Source of the DNA: Laetmonice hystrix
Lineage: Eukaryota
NCBI GenBank assembly: GCA_965235115.1
Contig: OZ249436.1
Span: 52,826,001-52,890,000, forward strand
Reading direction: 5' to 3'
DNA: 64,000 bases
The position numbers were made by a program, and so were the translations under genes. Below the pieces are notes generated by a model. It had not been told where the DNA came from, searched no databases, and worked only from the letters and a program-made list of their open reading frames with translations. This document shows, one piece after another, positions 27,771 to 40,760 of the stretch. Each line of letters opens with the position of its first letter. The first letter of the stretch is position 1.

Positions 27771-29403
27771 ATTAAAGCTTAATTTAATAAAAGTGGATGA
27801 TGGATGTGGTCTGTTATTTGTCTTGGCCAATCAACCAACCACGACACGTGTGATTTTATTGATGTAATACCGGATAGTGGAGACCCAGCATGACATCATT
27901 ATCACAGTCATATCGGTGTCAAATGCTGCAGCATTTCTTGCCTGTCAGTCCCTCATGTACATATTATATATTTGTTACCTATTTTGGACTCTTCTCAAAG
28001 GTCGCAGCTACGGAGACCCGAACTGATCGAAAAAGTCACTTTTTGGTTATCACCAGTTGAGCCGATAAGAGAATGTTTGCAAGCCTTTCAAAATATTAAG
28101 CATACCCACTGCCTTCTCAAACATGCTCTACTTTATCTACCCTTCTGTTTACCAAGGTCGTGTAGTAATCTTCCGGATGGAGATAAGAGGGGGAATCCGC
28201 CATGGATGTTTATTAATCAGTGAGGAGTCCTTGAAAATCCTCTTGTGTTGGAAGAATCAGTAAATGTTCAAGCATCTGTAAACAGAGATCTCAGTGTGGG
28301 TCCCGTGGTTATAGGAGCGCCTCTGTTGTTAGCATGGATCGATGTCCTCTTTGAGGCGAAACATTAGCCTCCAATACGACTTGAGAGCCTGTGGAAATAA
28401 ACCAATAGGCCATCCAGTTTGAATGCTCTAGGTGCGACTGGTTCGAATGTTGGCTCTGGACTCTCAGATGCAGTTTGTCGGTTAAATAACTGATTTACCT
28501 TGACTGGGGATGGCATGGCCCAAGGATGTAATTGTGGGCCATACCAGTAGTACAGACTAAGAAACACGAATTTATATGAAAATCAAGGAGAAAATGGCTC
28601 ATATTTCATGCATGTTGATATCGATATTCAAAATGAGCGCCTTCGTTTGTGAAGGAATTTAAAGTGTATTATGTGTTGAATTTAGTGCTGAATATAACGG
28701 TTCGAAACTTCTAAAAACTATCCTAGAAACAAACATGCAGGTAAAGCAAAGAAACAAAATGAATAATCAATTAGGAATTTGTCTGTTTGGAAATTCTATT
28801 CCCTTCCTCTCTGTTATTACGTGTTGTTACGGGCATTTCCCCAGGTTGGTGTATAGTTGTGTAGCTTTGCAAATCAATCCTACCAATGATAGTGTTAAAG
28901 ATAAAAGGATGGGTGGGGGGTAACAATCTATATCGCACTGGTTGTTGGAACACCCGTGCTATAGCTCTTCTCAAACTTGATTATTAGATTTCTGATGAAA
29001 ATACCAAATAATGTACACTTCCTTGCACATATTAGTAGAGATGGCATTTCAAGAGGCATGCACACAGCCATAGCAGGCCCTGTCATCAAGGCTGAGTATA
29101 CATGTCAGAACCAGGTATCGACCTTATCAATTGATCTGAGAATTGGTGTCGAGTATGAAATCAGGAATTATATACGTAACTGCTCGGTAGAACATCTAGA
29201 ACTTCCCCTGGGTCCGGTTTTTAAAATAAGATTTGGGCTGGCTTACTCCAGGCTAAAATTAATCCCATGTCTTACATGTTGTGTTTTTAAAACATGCAAA
29301 TGAGGCCTGTGGACCTAAGCCAGGCTTAGGCTTACTGAGCTCTCTCCTTGAGCTCTCTTACGGCTTACGTCGGTAAGTTATTAGGGAAATGGTACAGTGA
29401 ATT

Positions 29404-29551
29404 GGGACGCTCTAGGTCCATTAGTCCGACAGCCCAATCGCCCACTTTGGCTTAAAACCAAATATAACTAACCCTAAACCTAACCTTAACTCTAACCCAT
29501 AGAGGATTGGTCTGTCGGACCAATGGGCTGTCGGACTAATGGTTCCACCCC
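29404..29551. mobile_element. foldback MITE with internal CTAACC repeats
   Basis: CCATTAGTCCGACAGCCCA / TGGGCTGTCGGACTAATGG inverted arms around CTAACCCTAAACCTAACCTTAACTCTAACC. Confidence 0.65.
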
Positions 29552-31177
29552 AATTGGAACCTAATAAATCGTAATTTAGAGCAAAAAGGTAGGCCTACTG
29601 AATAACGTTAACTAGACTGGTACCAGCAGAAGCCATTTGTCAGTCTAGACTATAACGTCCGTTAGTTGTGTTCTATCCTCCTGTCTCACTGTAAGCCCAG
29701 TGTTACCAGTAAGCCTGGGCTTAGTTTAAACCCCAGCCCCTGGTGTTGATATGAGGTTACCGGTCGGTGTTTTGACGGCCAGGGATGAGAACACAACAAA
29801 AGGCACAGCGCAGCGAACACCAGGCACGGTCATGTTACGGGTTTGATTTATGATTCGACATGATGCGATCAATGAGGCCATGCCTTCCGCCTTTGTGCCC
29901 GGCATGAATCAAATTTCATTATAGATTTATTGAGTCCCTTTCTCCCTCCCACCTCCTGCAGTACCAGTAAGAGCTTTCTGGTGTCGCTGATCTGTAGATT
30001 GTGAGTGATTGAATTTGTTTTATTGGAGTGCATTACGTCATGTCGGCAGTATGTTAGCTATATAATCAAGTCGAAAATCAAACGTTTTCAATTTGTTCAG
30101 TCTTAGGACCGATTGGGCTGCCCCAAGTCCCAGGGAATGAGATTGGTATAGAGTGGCCAATAGAACTGCGATGGTCCCCGTGCAAGAATGTATTTTCCGC
30201 TTGCAATGGTTACACGGTAGTTTGGACATATATTTGTTAACTTGTCATGGCTTGTCTCGTTTGTGCGGGATAACGCACCTCGTAGTCAGGCTGCAATCTG
30301 AGATGTCGAGTGAAAGTTCGGCCCTCGATCGCTCCGCACTTACATGATGAAAATATCCGTTTTGATGGTTTTCGAGTCCATGCAGCCCAAGGTAGCGCTC
30401 ACTTTTGACGCCAATAGCTGCCTGCTGGCAGCTGAGGCCTGATTAGATATTGTCGACTGTACTTGTCGAAGACATTTCCAGAGCGAAAGTCAAGAGCAAG
30501 CCGTCTGCGCACTATACAATATGTATAAGCGATCTGACAGTGAGAACAAAGTAACTCGAGCCGTGTGTTAGACTAACTCGGAGGTTTCCTTATCTGTCAG
30601 CGGAGTAAAGTTTAAAGCCAGGCGTGGTGCATGTTTATACAGATCCATAGGTACCATATTATCGCTATCATCCGGTTCTGTGTTAATTAGGTTCCGTTAG
30701 TCTAGAAGCAACACTGGCATGCATTGTTACCGCTGCACAAGCCACAGTGGAAAGTATCCACAATACATCCCACTCAGACGTTTCTGCACTTTCCTGGGGA
30801 CAGACACAGTGATTGTGGTTCTGTTCTCTTATTGTAGGATTCAGTTACTGCGTTGAAGGAGCAAGCCTTAAAGCAGTCACCGAGTATCTCTCGTTTCAGT
30901 AAATCAATAAATGTTTATCCACACAAATGGAGAAATTCAACATTCCAGTTGCCTGTAGTTGCCATCAGTTCATCGCCCGATTAATTTCATTGGCTGTCCA
31001 AGAATCCGAGAATGCTACCGTTAAAAAAAAAAGAAAAAAAAATCTTGTAAAAGTATAAAAAAAAATCAAGTACACAACACAAGTGTACAAATACAACTTC
31101 ACAAGTTGACAGAACATTTCTTTCTAAAGATCTCGCGAGATGCGATAGCTTGCGAGATCACGCGTCCTTTGACCACC

Positions 31178-31600
31178 GATTACCATACACAAACAGATTG
31201 GAAACGGCCATAGTAATGACGTGAAACAAAGATGGCGTCACAATTCAGTGATTTGTCAGTGGCGACACCATGCGTCGGAGGAGATAAACTAAACGCCCTC
31301 CATAGGAAAAGCATGGCGTGACAGGTTTAGGACAACATATCTGACAAATGACCTGCATTTGGTGGCAGGTGTAAAAAAATAGGGTACTCGGATGCCCAGG
31401 GTAGCCATATTTTCCCGCTAGGCTACCAACCTATGTCCAAAATGGGACTGAGGACGTTCCCAGCCGGGCTCATGCATAACTTGCCATAGGCGCATTGTAG
31501 TTTATCTCACCCGTCGCCAGATGTCACTAGTGGTCACGGGCGAAAACCGGAAGTTTCAAATCGGCCTATCTCGTTTCCAATTTGTTTGTGTATGCTAATC
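31178..31600. mobile_element. inverted-repeat-bounded element (MITE-like)
   Basis: GATTACCATACACAAACAGATTGGAAACG (31178-31206) matches the reverse complement of CGTTTCCAATTTGTTTGTGTATGCTAATC (31572-31600) at 27 of 29 positions. Confidence 0.55.
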
Positions 31601-31978
31601 TGTGCTTTGACCTTCATAATGGACTCTTCATTATCATTCTCCTTTAGAAATGCTGCAACATTCTCACACATGTGACGATGGAAACACGTGACAGGGCACT
31701 ATTCTGTCAGGATTACTGTCTTACTGGCAGGATGGCACGGGCGTCCTTATATTATATATAGTAAGTGACCAATGTCACGGTTGGCGTCTGAGATTTTAAT
31801 GGACGGCACTTGGATATGGCTATACAATAGCAAGACCTCGTAGTCGTCAAAACCATGCCCCCACCCCACCTTTCAAATATACTAGCATCAACTCGATGTT
31901 TTCCTTAAAAAGAGGTCCTATAAGATGGTCACCAGGTTTTCATCCGACTCAAACATATCTAGACATATGTAAATTATA

Positions 31979-32151
31979 TACTCTGCACAAAAAGTTTCTT
32001 TTCCACCCTTTTTGAAAGTGTGTTTTGCGACATCCATTCATTGTCGGATCAGAAAATAGCAAATGCACGCAATACCTCCTTACTTATACAGGGAATTTAG
32101 AAATTAAATGACAACAGGGGTGTAAAAAATATTATATTTTTGTGCAGAGTA
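31979..32151. mobile_element. Tc1/mariner-type MITE
   Basis: TA|TACTCTGCACAAAAA ... TTTTTGTGCAGAGTA|TA: perfect 15-bp terminal inverted repeats with a TA target duplication. Confidence 0.75.
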
Positions 32152-35100
32152 TAGAAGTGTATGGCAAGTACGACATGAATATCAACTCGGCACTCAGGTA
32201 GCTGAGGGTTGCGACGTATAGAAGGGGCAGTTTCTAAATACGGATTGAATGGATTGTTGTTTGTGTAAGAAAATATCGATGACTATAATGCCAATACATG
32301 TGCACCAGATAGAGCGACTCAACCTTTGTAGGTATGCGTGTTTTCACATCACTAATTGTTAGTTAGAGAACAAAATGTATTTTACTTACCTATTTTTGCA
32401 AAGTAGAAGGAATTACGTTTAGGCATGTTACTTTGAGAGGCATGTTTTCTCCCTGTATCTTCGCCATAGCATCATTTCGTAAAATGACCAAAATGCAGAA
32501 ACAGCAAGTCGGAGGAGGCGTCGTTTTACGCTTAGCCTGGAATAGTCCATCTAAGGTTTTCGAGAGCGCAGGTCCACATGTTTCTTGGGACAATCTTCAC
32601 ATCTCGGACTCCAGGCCGTTTGCCTAGCCTCAACCGCTCCACTTAAGGCTACCAACGCCCTGATATTGTCAGAAAACGCTTCTCCTGATAGAACTTCACC
32701 GAGGAAAGAGGACTTGAAAGGTGATGGGAAGCAATATGACCCTCAGTTGTGCATCTCCGTGTACGTTTGTGAATAACCTTAGGCTCAGGGCTAAATACCG
32801 CTTTGACAAATCGCTCGAGACAGCATCGAATCCTCTTTCTGTTAGCCTCACCAATTGTGAGCTATCTGTATACAGTCAGGCAAACAGGCGTAAACTGATG
32901 CTCCTTGCTCAGGTATATAGAGAACTGTTGGCCTGTCACTCGTCGCTTGCCCTGGTGACTCTCTCAGTCCATGTTGAAACTGTAGTCATCGATAGCGGTG
33001 AAGGAACTTTGCTTGCCGTGTGTATGGCGCGTGCGGTTGGCGTCGGAAACTCGCCACCACTGTAGGCGCCAGAGTAGGGCGCGGTGCACCACTGAGGACA
33101 AAGCCGCAGCCCTTCGCAGGGCTGTGTGAACCCCGACTCCCGGTCGCTGCCTCAAGTGAGGATTTCCCGCCAGGAACCGGCTCTCCTGCATGCATGGTGC
33201 TGGTCTGGGGACGACACAGCCCTCCAGGTGTGGCTGGGCATTGATGGCCTAGGCCCAACCATTCTCTCTTCAAAAAGGCTGATGGGAAGGGGAGGGATGT
33301 TGACTTAATCCAAGCCTATCGTGTTTCTTCTATCCGTAGGTTATCATAACTGCAGCCTGACTTCCCTCCACTGCAGAGATGCTCTATACCTTGTGTGTAG
33401 AAGGGATCGTGCAAATGCGTGAGTGATGTGTGCGTGTGGCTACGTGTCACTTTTGCCAAACAGGTCGGCTAAAGCTAATTGCCTTTTGCTAATTGCCATG
33501 GTAAGACCAAGTGATGCCTGAAAGAATAAATGCAATCCAATGAAAGAGGTCTTGGGTGTAATGAGGGCCTTGGGTTTAGGACCAGAAATATTGTAGGACT
33601 TATAATAGACCATTAGGTTTGTATGGTCCGTGTACTAATTCGTCTACCTTTCCGCGATATCAGAAAAGAGCAGCAAGGAAACAATTTCGGAACGTGGCAT
33701 TAACAAGGTACTGAAGTGTACTGTGGGGTCTTCCAGTCGGGGCTAGAATTAATGAAGATACCAGGCGTGAGTTGACGGTAATGGGCCACTTCCGGTGCAC
33801 CCCGATTATCGCTCGGCCTGCTATGACTTTAGGTTAGGACATTGAAACATTGTCCTCCTAAAACGTCGTCATAACGCCAACATTATAGAGGAGAACTTGC
33901 TACATGTCGAACAAAACATGGTTCATCTTTGAAGAGAGGTTAAGTCATATCCATAAGAAAGTTGGAGTTGTTAAAAAAAGAAAAGTTAAAATAAAAGAAT
34001 GTCCTTTACCATCAACATAACTCAGAAACACCTTTTTAAGCAAACAATATTTATTCTTCCGGAATATACATGTTTGTATATCTTACGTAAAAGGAATATT
34101 GAAATGTGACTCAATAGAGAATCATGCAAGCTTTTGTTTTACTTGAACAATGCGGCTGGTTGCGTGGAATAGGAAACTTCAGGGAACCATCAGTCTGAGC
34201 TGTTCAACCTCTGCGCCCTATGACCGGACAGCACAGAACGTTGCCGGGCCTGGGAAAGGACCCGATTGGCCCTAACCTTGTCAATGATTTCACTGCCGAA
34301 CCATGAGAAGTTTATGCCACACTTTGTGTTACTGGAGGTAACGTTGAAGCCGTGACAGGGATCTGTGTTCACAAACCTCGCAGGGACCCGACAGGGCTTA
34401 ATTCCTGAAACGACCACACCGCGGCGCTGTAAACCGCGAGTGATGCCGATATGTGAGGTCGTTACGTAAATAGACTACTGTATGATTCTAAGGCAGAACG
34501 GAACCTTATTATATGTCATCGATTGTCACTCGTCCGACATTGTAACCATGGCATATAAACCGACCTGACAGGGAATTTCTTCAGCGAGTAATTTATTTAC
34601 TGGAAGCTGATTCTTTAGAATATCGCCCTTAGAAGTCGACATGAGCTACACAAGAGAGGATAATCAATGTTCGCCATAATAAAAAATGCGTGTCGGTTGT
34701 ACTAATATCGTCAGTCCAGTTTAACAATGGTAACGGATATTTTGAATGAAACAGTTTATGTTTACCAAAGAAATCTGAAGTTTCACAAATGTGCACAGTT
34801 GTTTTTCTTTGATATGTTTATATAAATATAGACCATCAAATTAAATTTTCGGTCTGACAAAATACCCCTTGGTCTCTGGCGCTGCGGAAAGACAATTATT
34901 CGATTTGTTGACACCTCATCCACAGTGCCATAAATATCGATTTTCCTTGAGACGAATCGTTTTCGGATGGCTATGGACTTCCCATTTGTCTTCTTTGATA
35001 AAAGAATCTGCAACGGTTGTCATAAATAATCCGAATCAGTCGGCCCATCTGCATGTGTAATACATACCGCAACTCTTCTTTTTGAGATCAGTAATGGGGA

Positions 35101-35459
35101 TTGTAGCTTGTATTGTTATACTTGTGGCCAGGGAGTGTCGGCATGTGTTATAAGATGGAGGTCAGCAGGAGAGCTGACGATTTGGTGGCTGGCACGCGGG
35201 CTGTCGACATGTCGCACAGCTAGCTGAGTGAGTGTCGACAACAGAAGACGGTCAGCTAATGAGACTCGCTACAATCGGGGGAGAGCTTGCCAAGTCTGTC
35301 ACATCACGCTTATACCCCTCCTGATAACGTTATCACAAAGTTATGGGGTACCAATAAGGGGCAGGAAAGGCCGGGGACAAGGTCGGTTCTTTATATTCTT
35401 TTTTTTTTGGAAGGTCTTTGGGTCGAGGGTAATAGTAAAGGTACAGAAATAGCGAGTTT

Positions 35460-35500
<41 letters not shown>
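35460..35500. repeat. (TGT)n microsatellite
   Basis: Pure trinucleotide run. Confidence 0.95.
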
Positions 35501-35501
<1 letters not shown>

Positions 35502-36207
35502 TGTTTGTTACCCCCCCCCCTCCGACCCGCTATATTTCTACACTTACCAGGGAGGGTGTGCCCGACCGCCGTCCGGCTTCAGGGCCATCCGAGGGGTTAG
35601 GAGGGAAATATTCGCGAAACTTTGATTTTGAAGTACACTGCAAGAATGGACCTCCGTTTTCTCCGCCCCAAACATAATTATAATTAGCGTTCGTTGTAAG
35701 TAATCCTCGGATTAGATTATGATCGTATGCCAACCGTACAACAATTCACTTTGTGACTGAGTGAGCAATCTATTGTTGACTGGCGCTGTACATTCGGGTG
35801 GGCCTCATTTAAACAATCTGGCTCAGCGCGGAGATTAAGTGCATGCGGCTGTGAGTTATTTATCGTTACAAATGCCACAGGTTAAAGGGATCCGACTCAG
35901 CTTTTGTCTGAAGGATGGGGGAGAAAGCAGTGATGCCTCGGGAGTAGCCTAATGTGTTTTTTCTCCTACTACAGGCACCTATAGGTTTCTTTATGGCGAG
36001 AATCTACCTTATTACTATTATCAATATTATTTGCCTACGGACATCGATTAGGTATATGAATACCTAAGTTATTGGCAACGGATGTATGAACGTTCAGCAA
36101 AGAACGGAATGAATGTACCATTCAGGGTACCGAACTACTGCTGCCGACTGGTGTGAAACTCCCTAACTAAACCTGAGGACATCTGCCCGCATCAAGACCC
36201 AGTTCAT

Positions 36208-36988
36208 GTGTTAGGATCTCCGCGTGTGTTTGTAACCGTTTCCCGTGTTAGGATCTCCGCGTGTGTTTGTAACCATTCACCGTGTTAGGATCTCCGCGTG
36301 TGTTTGTAACCGTTCGCCGTGTTAGGATTTCCGCGTGTGTTTGCAACCGTTTCCCGTGTTAGGATCTCCGCATGTGTTTGTAACCGTTTCCTGTGTTAGG
36401 ATCTCCGCGTGTTTGTAACCGTTTCCCGTGTTAGGATCTCCGCGTGTGTTTGTAACCGTTTCCCGTGTTAGGATCTCCGCGTGTGTTTGTAACCGTTTCG
36501 TTAGGATCTCCGCGTGTGTTTGTAACCGTTTCGTTAGGATCTCCGCGTGTTTGTAACCGTTTCCCGTTAGGATCTCCGCGTGTGTTTGTAACCGTTTCCT
36601 GTGTTAGGATCTCCGCGTGTGTTTGTAACCGTTTCCCGTTAGGATCTCCGCGTGTGTTTGTAACCGTTTCCTGTGTTAGGATCTCCGCGTGTCTTTGTAA
36701 CCGTTTCCCGTGTTAGGATCTCCGCGTGTGTTTGTAACCGTTTCCTGTGTTAGGATCTCCGCGTGTGTTTGTAACCGTTTCCCGTGTTAGGATCTCCGCA
36801 TGTGTTTGTAACCGTTTCCTGTGTTAGGATCTCCGCGTGTGTTTGTAACCGTTTCGTTAGGATCTCCGCCTGTGTTTGTACCTAACCTTTTCCTGTGTTA
36901 GGATCTCCGCGTGTGTTTGTAACCGTTTCGTTAGGATCTCCGCCTGTGTTTGCAACCGTTTCCCATGTTAAGATGCCCGTCTGTGTTT
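36208..36988. repeat. ~37-bp minisatellite GTGTTAGGATCTCCGCGTGTGTTTGTAACCGTTTCCC, ~21 copies
   Basis: Tandem units of 33-41 bp that run directly into the splice acceptor at 36990-36991. Confidence 0.96.
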
Positions 36989-36991
36989 CAG

Positions 36992-37505
36992 ATACGGGTG
37001 AACAGTGTGAACCCGACCGTTGTGATGACAGAGATGGGTAAACGTATATGGACCGACCCAGCCAAAGCGGGGCCCATGTTGAGCAGAATTCCTCTGGGGC
37101 GTTTTGCCAGTAAGAAACCCTGAAATTATAATGATAGGCTATAGATGGTGAAGGTTCAAGTTATTACCAATCAAATATGTAAAATAAATCTGTGATTTTA
37201 TGTGATGTTCCATATTTGTCGCTTTCAGAATATGTCGTAACATTTAAATCGCCCAAGTAGACGTTTTGATATGGGTCATTTCCACATGTAATCTCCAAGA
37301 TTGAAGCATTCGCCTTCGTTCCAGTTGGGACGTGGCAGACCAAGTCAAGTATCTTTTATTGTGGCTGAAGTATAGCTACAGTTGTCCCCTTTGTTTAACA
37401 GCCGTGGACGATGTGGTTAACCCGACATTGTTCCTGCTCAGTGACAAGGCCGCCATGATATCGGGAGTCACGCTGCCCGTAGATGGCGGTTTCCTGGCCT
37501 GTTGA
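36992..37505 (+). CDS. DCXR: L-xylulose reductase / dicarbonyl reductase (short-chain dehydrogenase/reductase), last two coding exons only
   Basis: Exon 36992-37109 encodes [39 protein letters not shown] (AG..GTAAG). The phase-1 intron is followed by exon 37402-37505, [34 protein letters not shown]. This closely matches the DCXR C-terminus ([31 protein letters not shown]). AATAAA at 37977. Confidence 0.9.
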
Positions 37506-38554
37506 GTGACGTCAGCTACAAGACGTGACGTCACAACGGTCCAGCTGGTAGCGATAACCACGAGAAACCCGAGGGGCCGTCCTGTATCCATTGGATCAGG
37601 TTTCGGTGGAAAATAATGACATGGTGAAATGTAACTTTAAAATCTTCCGACTCATATGTTCTGATATCTTGCAGATTATGTTGATTCGGGGGGAGGGCCC
37701 TAATAATTATTGAAATCATTGTTAATCCGTTGTCATTCCGAAAAAGGTCCATGACTATACATTGGATTAGAAAATTTTGCTAGTTTCCCGTTTTTATGCA
37801 ATGGGAAGACTGTAAATTCGGGCGGCATTGTTGTCTGTTAAACAGGCTCGAAGTGTTTTTATCAGCTGTTACTCTCATTGTATGTGTTGACAGTATTCTA
37901 TTACAAGTAATGATTAACGCCATTACCTAATTGTTAGAAATTAGGTCATTTGACTGTGATTTCACGATTTGTTATTAATAAAAAGAATGAATTTAAGATT
38001 ACATTATATGTTATATTATAACAAAGCTAAAGGGCCTGAAATTATTGTATAAAATTTGACGTAGCGTTGACATAAGAAGTAAGAAATTACGTCAGTCTGA
38101 AACAAATGTGCGCAAAATAAAAACCCATCAGTGGATATAACAATCGCTGGTACACAATGTTTGGCTTTGATATAACCCTAGTGAGCAATGGGCGTTCCTG
38201 GAGAGCATTGCATGGGTCGCAATAATATCAGCCAGAGAGCAAACATTCAAAGATAGAATATTTGGACCCTTATGGAATACTGGTGTTCCTTCCGAGAATC
38301 CGTGATATTTTGGGTAGTAAACTATATCTAAGAAACAATAATAAAGTCTTTTTTCGGCAGTAAAAGACGATATTACCTGCGTAAATACTGGGATATTCGT
38401 TCCAAGTCTGAAGTGTAAATTGTATTTCCGACAGTTAAAAAGGTTCAGTGTTTCTGTATACATTGTACCTACAAAATAACAGGCCTGAATTGAGCAGTTG
38501 GCCATTTGTCCCACCGAAAGGCAAACTAGGACACGGTGTTACGGCATATACATG

Positions 38555-38662
38555 TATTGTCGCCATGCACATATTGTTGCCGGCGACAATATATGCCACA
38601 TAATTATATTGTCGCCGGCACATAATGTCGCCGGCATATATTGTCGCCAGCGACAATATGTG
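38555..38662. repeat. cluster of palindromic TATTGTCGCCGGCGACAATA-type motifs
   Basis: Several full and half copies of the palindrome lie in tandem. Confidence 0.6.
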
Positions 38663-38724
38663 CAGAGAAATACGGCACATATTCCAGGCTGCGCAATTTG
38701 CAAATAGGGTGTTTGCAATGGGTA

Positions 38725-38955
38725 GGGTTCACTAGTCCGAGGGTTCACTGGTCTGAAGTGGGTTATACCAACGATATACGCAACCCTAACCCTAAAACCA
38801 AAGCTTGGTCTGCCGAACTATTGGGCTAACACCCCCCCCCCCCCCCCCCAAGTAAGCGCCCCATTTTGCCCCACGTTCCCCTGCCATTGCCCACTGCCAA
38901 CTTCGGACTAGTGAACCCTCGGACTAGTGGACCCTCGGACTAGTGGGTGGTTCCC
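38725..38955. mobile_element. foldback MITE with internal CCCTAA motifs
   Basis: GGGTTCACTAGTCCGAGGGTTCACT(G)GTC arm versus GGACTAGTGAACCCTCGGACTAGTGGACCC arm, with internal AACCCTAACCCTAA. Confidence 0.65.
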
Positions 38956-39881
38956 GATTGGGGTTCTTCAAGTTCCAAATTTACCCGGCCAATTTAAAAA
39001 AGGCAAACCAGCAGATATGGGTGCTACCTATACGCCCCTCGATTAGGGTTAAGTTTAACACACGCCGCCGTGCATGGGGTCGTTGTAGACCGCGGAACAA
39101 TTTGACCTAGCTGGATGTTTTATTGTGGAGTCGGTACATTCTCCAGGCCGAGTTTGACGCGGCGCAGTACGAACGCAAATAACGCCCTGTGATTGGCGCT
39201 GATTGAGTGGTGAGGCATGCAGGGTAAAATCTGAACTTTCAAACGCCTTTTCGTTGCGATCAGGTCTTTATTAGTTCTACAGGGTGAAGTTGTTCGAGAA
39301 TTGACAGCGGCCATGCTGATTAGATTCGCAATGGTGGTAAGTCGCTCTTGAAACACTTTTGTCTTTGTTCACGTTTTAAAAGTCGGGGAATTCTTTTAGA
39401 AGCCGAATTAGGCGCTAAAAGGGACTAGCTGGAATAACCCCAGGCTGAGATCAACGTACTCCAACAAGTCCTAGTCCTTACGTCAACGGTACTTATTAGT
39501 TGGTGGAAAACCTTGACTTGTTTTTAGACGTGTGCAGGTCTTATAGCGTCTACAAGGATACAATGCAGTCAGAAGCGAGCATATCAGCAAGATTCGTTGT
39601 GAAGTAATCAGAAACAACAACTTGTAAACTGAGACATACATGTAGCTATATAGGTCGCTCCTGAAGCTACATGGGTTTTAAATTTGTTTTGTGTGGAATT
39701 CTCTCACTGGCTGAAATTCGACACCTGTGGGTCTAACGGACATTCATCTCTGTGATTGGCTGTGTAGACCCAGGACAGTGGGTACAATACTAGATTGTGT
39801 CCTGCTGTATCTTGACTTCTCATATAGTTACGACCGTAAGCCGAGCTCTTGACTAAACTACCAGGAGTTTCCCACCTGAAG

Positions 39882-40760
39882 ATGAATCTCTCGAAGTTAC
39901 TTGTGCACGCAATACTGGCGGAATTACAGCAGGATATCCACACTAGATATTGGGTCCGCGTGAAGCAAGATGAACACCATGTGTTTTCTGGGTTAGTCGG
40001 GCAGAAAGGGGATGGCGTGGCTACCAATGTTCATCTGGCTGAGCTCGTATGTAGACGTTTAGCAGCTGTACTCAACACAGAAATGAAACAAGGTTTTACC
40101 CACTTCAGAAAGGTTACCAACAAGAGCACAGATGCATTTCTCCACGAGTTGAAGGAAGGCGTGGTTTTGAATCATTTGGCAAACATTTTTGGAGTTCGCC
40201 TATTGTTCTACATAGACGAACAAACGCACGTAATCGCAGAGCCCGTCGGAGCAATCGCACTTGCTCTTGATACTGTTACTATAATTTACTGCCACGATAA
40301 CGCCCAGGACGTTTTTACAACTCTTAAAACAGTGACAGCAAGTACAAGCAAAGCAGGACATGTGAACGAATCCGACCGAAACCGGTCCAGGCCCAGTTCG
40401 AGCGACTCAGACTCAGACTCAGACTCAGGCTCAGACTCAGACTCAGACTCAGACGACTCAACGTATAAGAAAAGGAAATTAAATGTGAGCGACTTGGATT
40501 GGCCTGCGAGACGATTGGCTAAAGAGATGTTAACAGCGATACACGCTCTGGAGATCGAAGCACAAATTTATCACAAATTGGTACCTCAGTCAGAACTTGG
40601 TTCGTTGCTGACAAAAATAGGAGAATGCAAGGAGAGCGTGAAGGGCCTTTTGGGGAGGTTTGATACCAGCACGGCTTGCAAAAGGTGCCCGATTCATTGC
40701 CCGACTTGTACAGGGTGCCCGATTCATTGCCCGACTTCATTGAAAAAAACTCCGAAATAG
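39882..40760 (+). CDS. intronless 292-aa protein: degenerate OTU-like domain, Ser/Asp tract, NLS, two C-terminal CxxCPxHC motifs
   Basis: 879-nt uninterrupted ORF, mostly non-repetitive. First ATG at 39882 with an in-frame TAA upstream at 39837; AATAAA at 40825 and 40963. Modular protein-like composition: VKQDEHHVFSGL, LNHLANIFGVRLLFY, (SD)n, KKRKL, CKRCPIHC-PT-CTGCPIHC. Confidence 0.65.
   Translation: MNLSKLLVHAILAELQQDIHTRYWVRVKQDEHHVFSGLVGQKGDGVATNVHLAELVCRRLAAVLNTEMKQGFTHFRKVTNKSTDAFLHELKEGVVLNHLANIFGVRLLFYIDEQTHVIAEPVGAIALALDTVTIIYCHDNAQDVFTTLKTVTASTSKAGHVNESDRNRSRPSSSDSDSDSDSGSDSDSDSDDSTYKKRKLNVSDLDWPARRLAKEMLTAIHALEIEAQIYHKLVPQSELGSLLTKIGECKESVKGLLGRFDTSTACKRCPIHCPTCTGCPIHCPTSLKKTPK

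Noticed and set aside
32390..33310. Cluster of overlapping ORFs in a GC-richer block
   Set aside because: Stops interrupt every frame and I could not match any motif. Possibly decayed element sequence.
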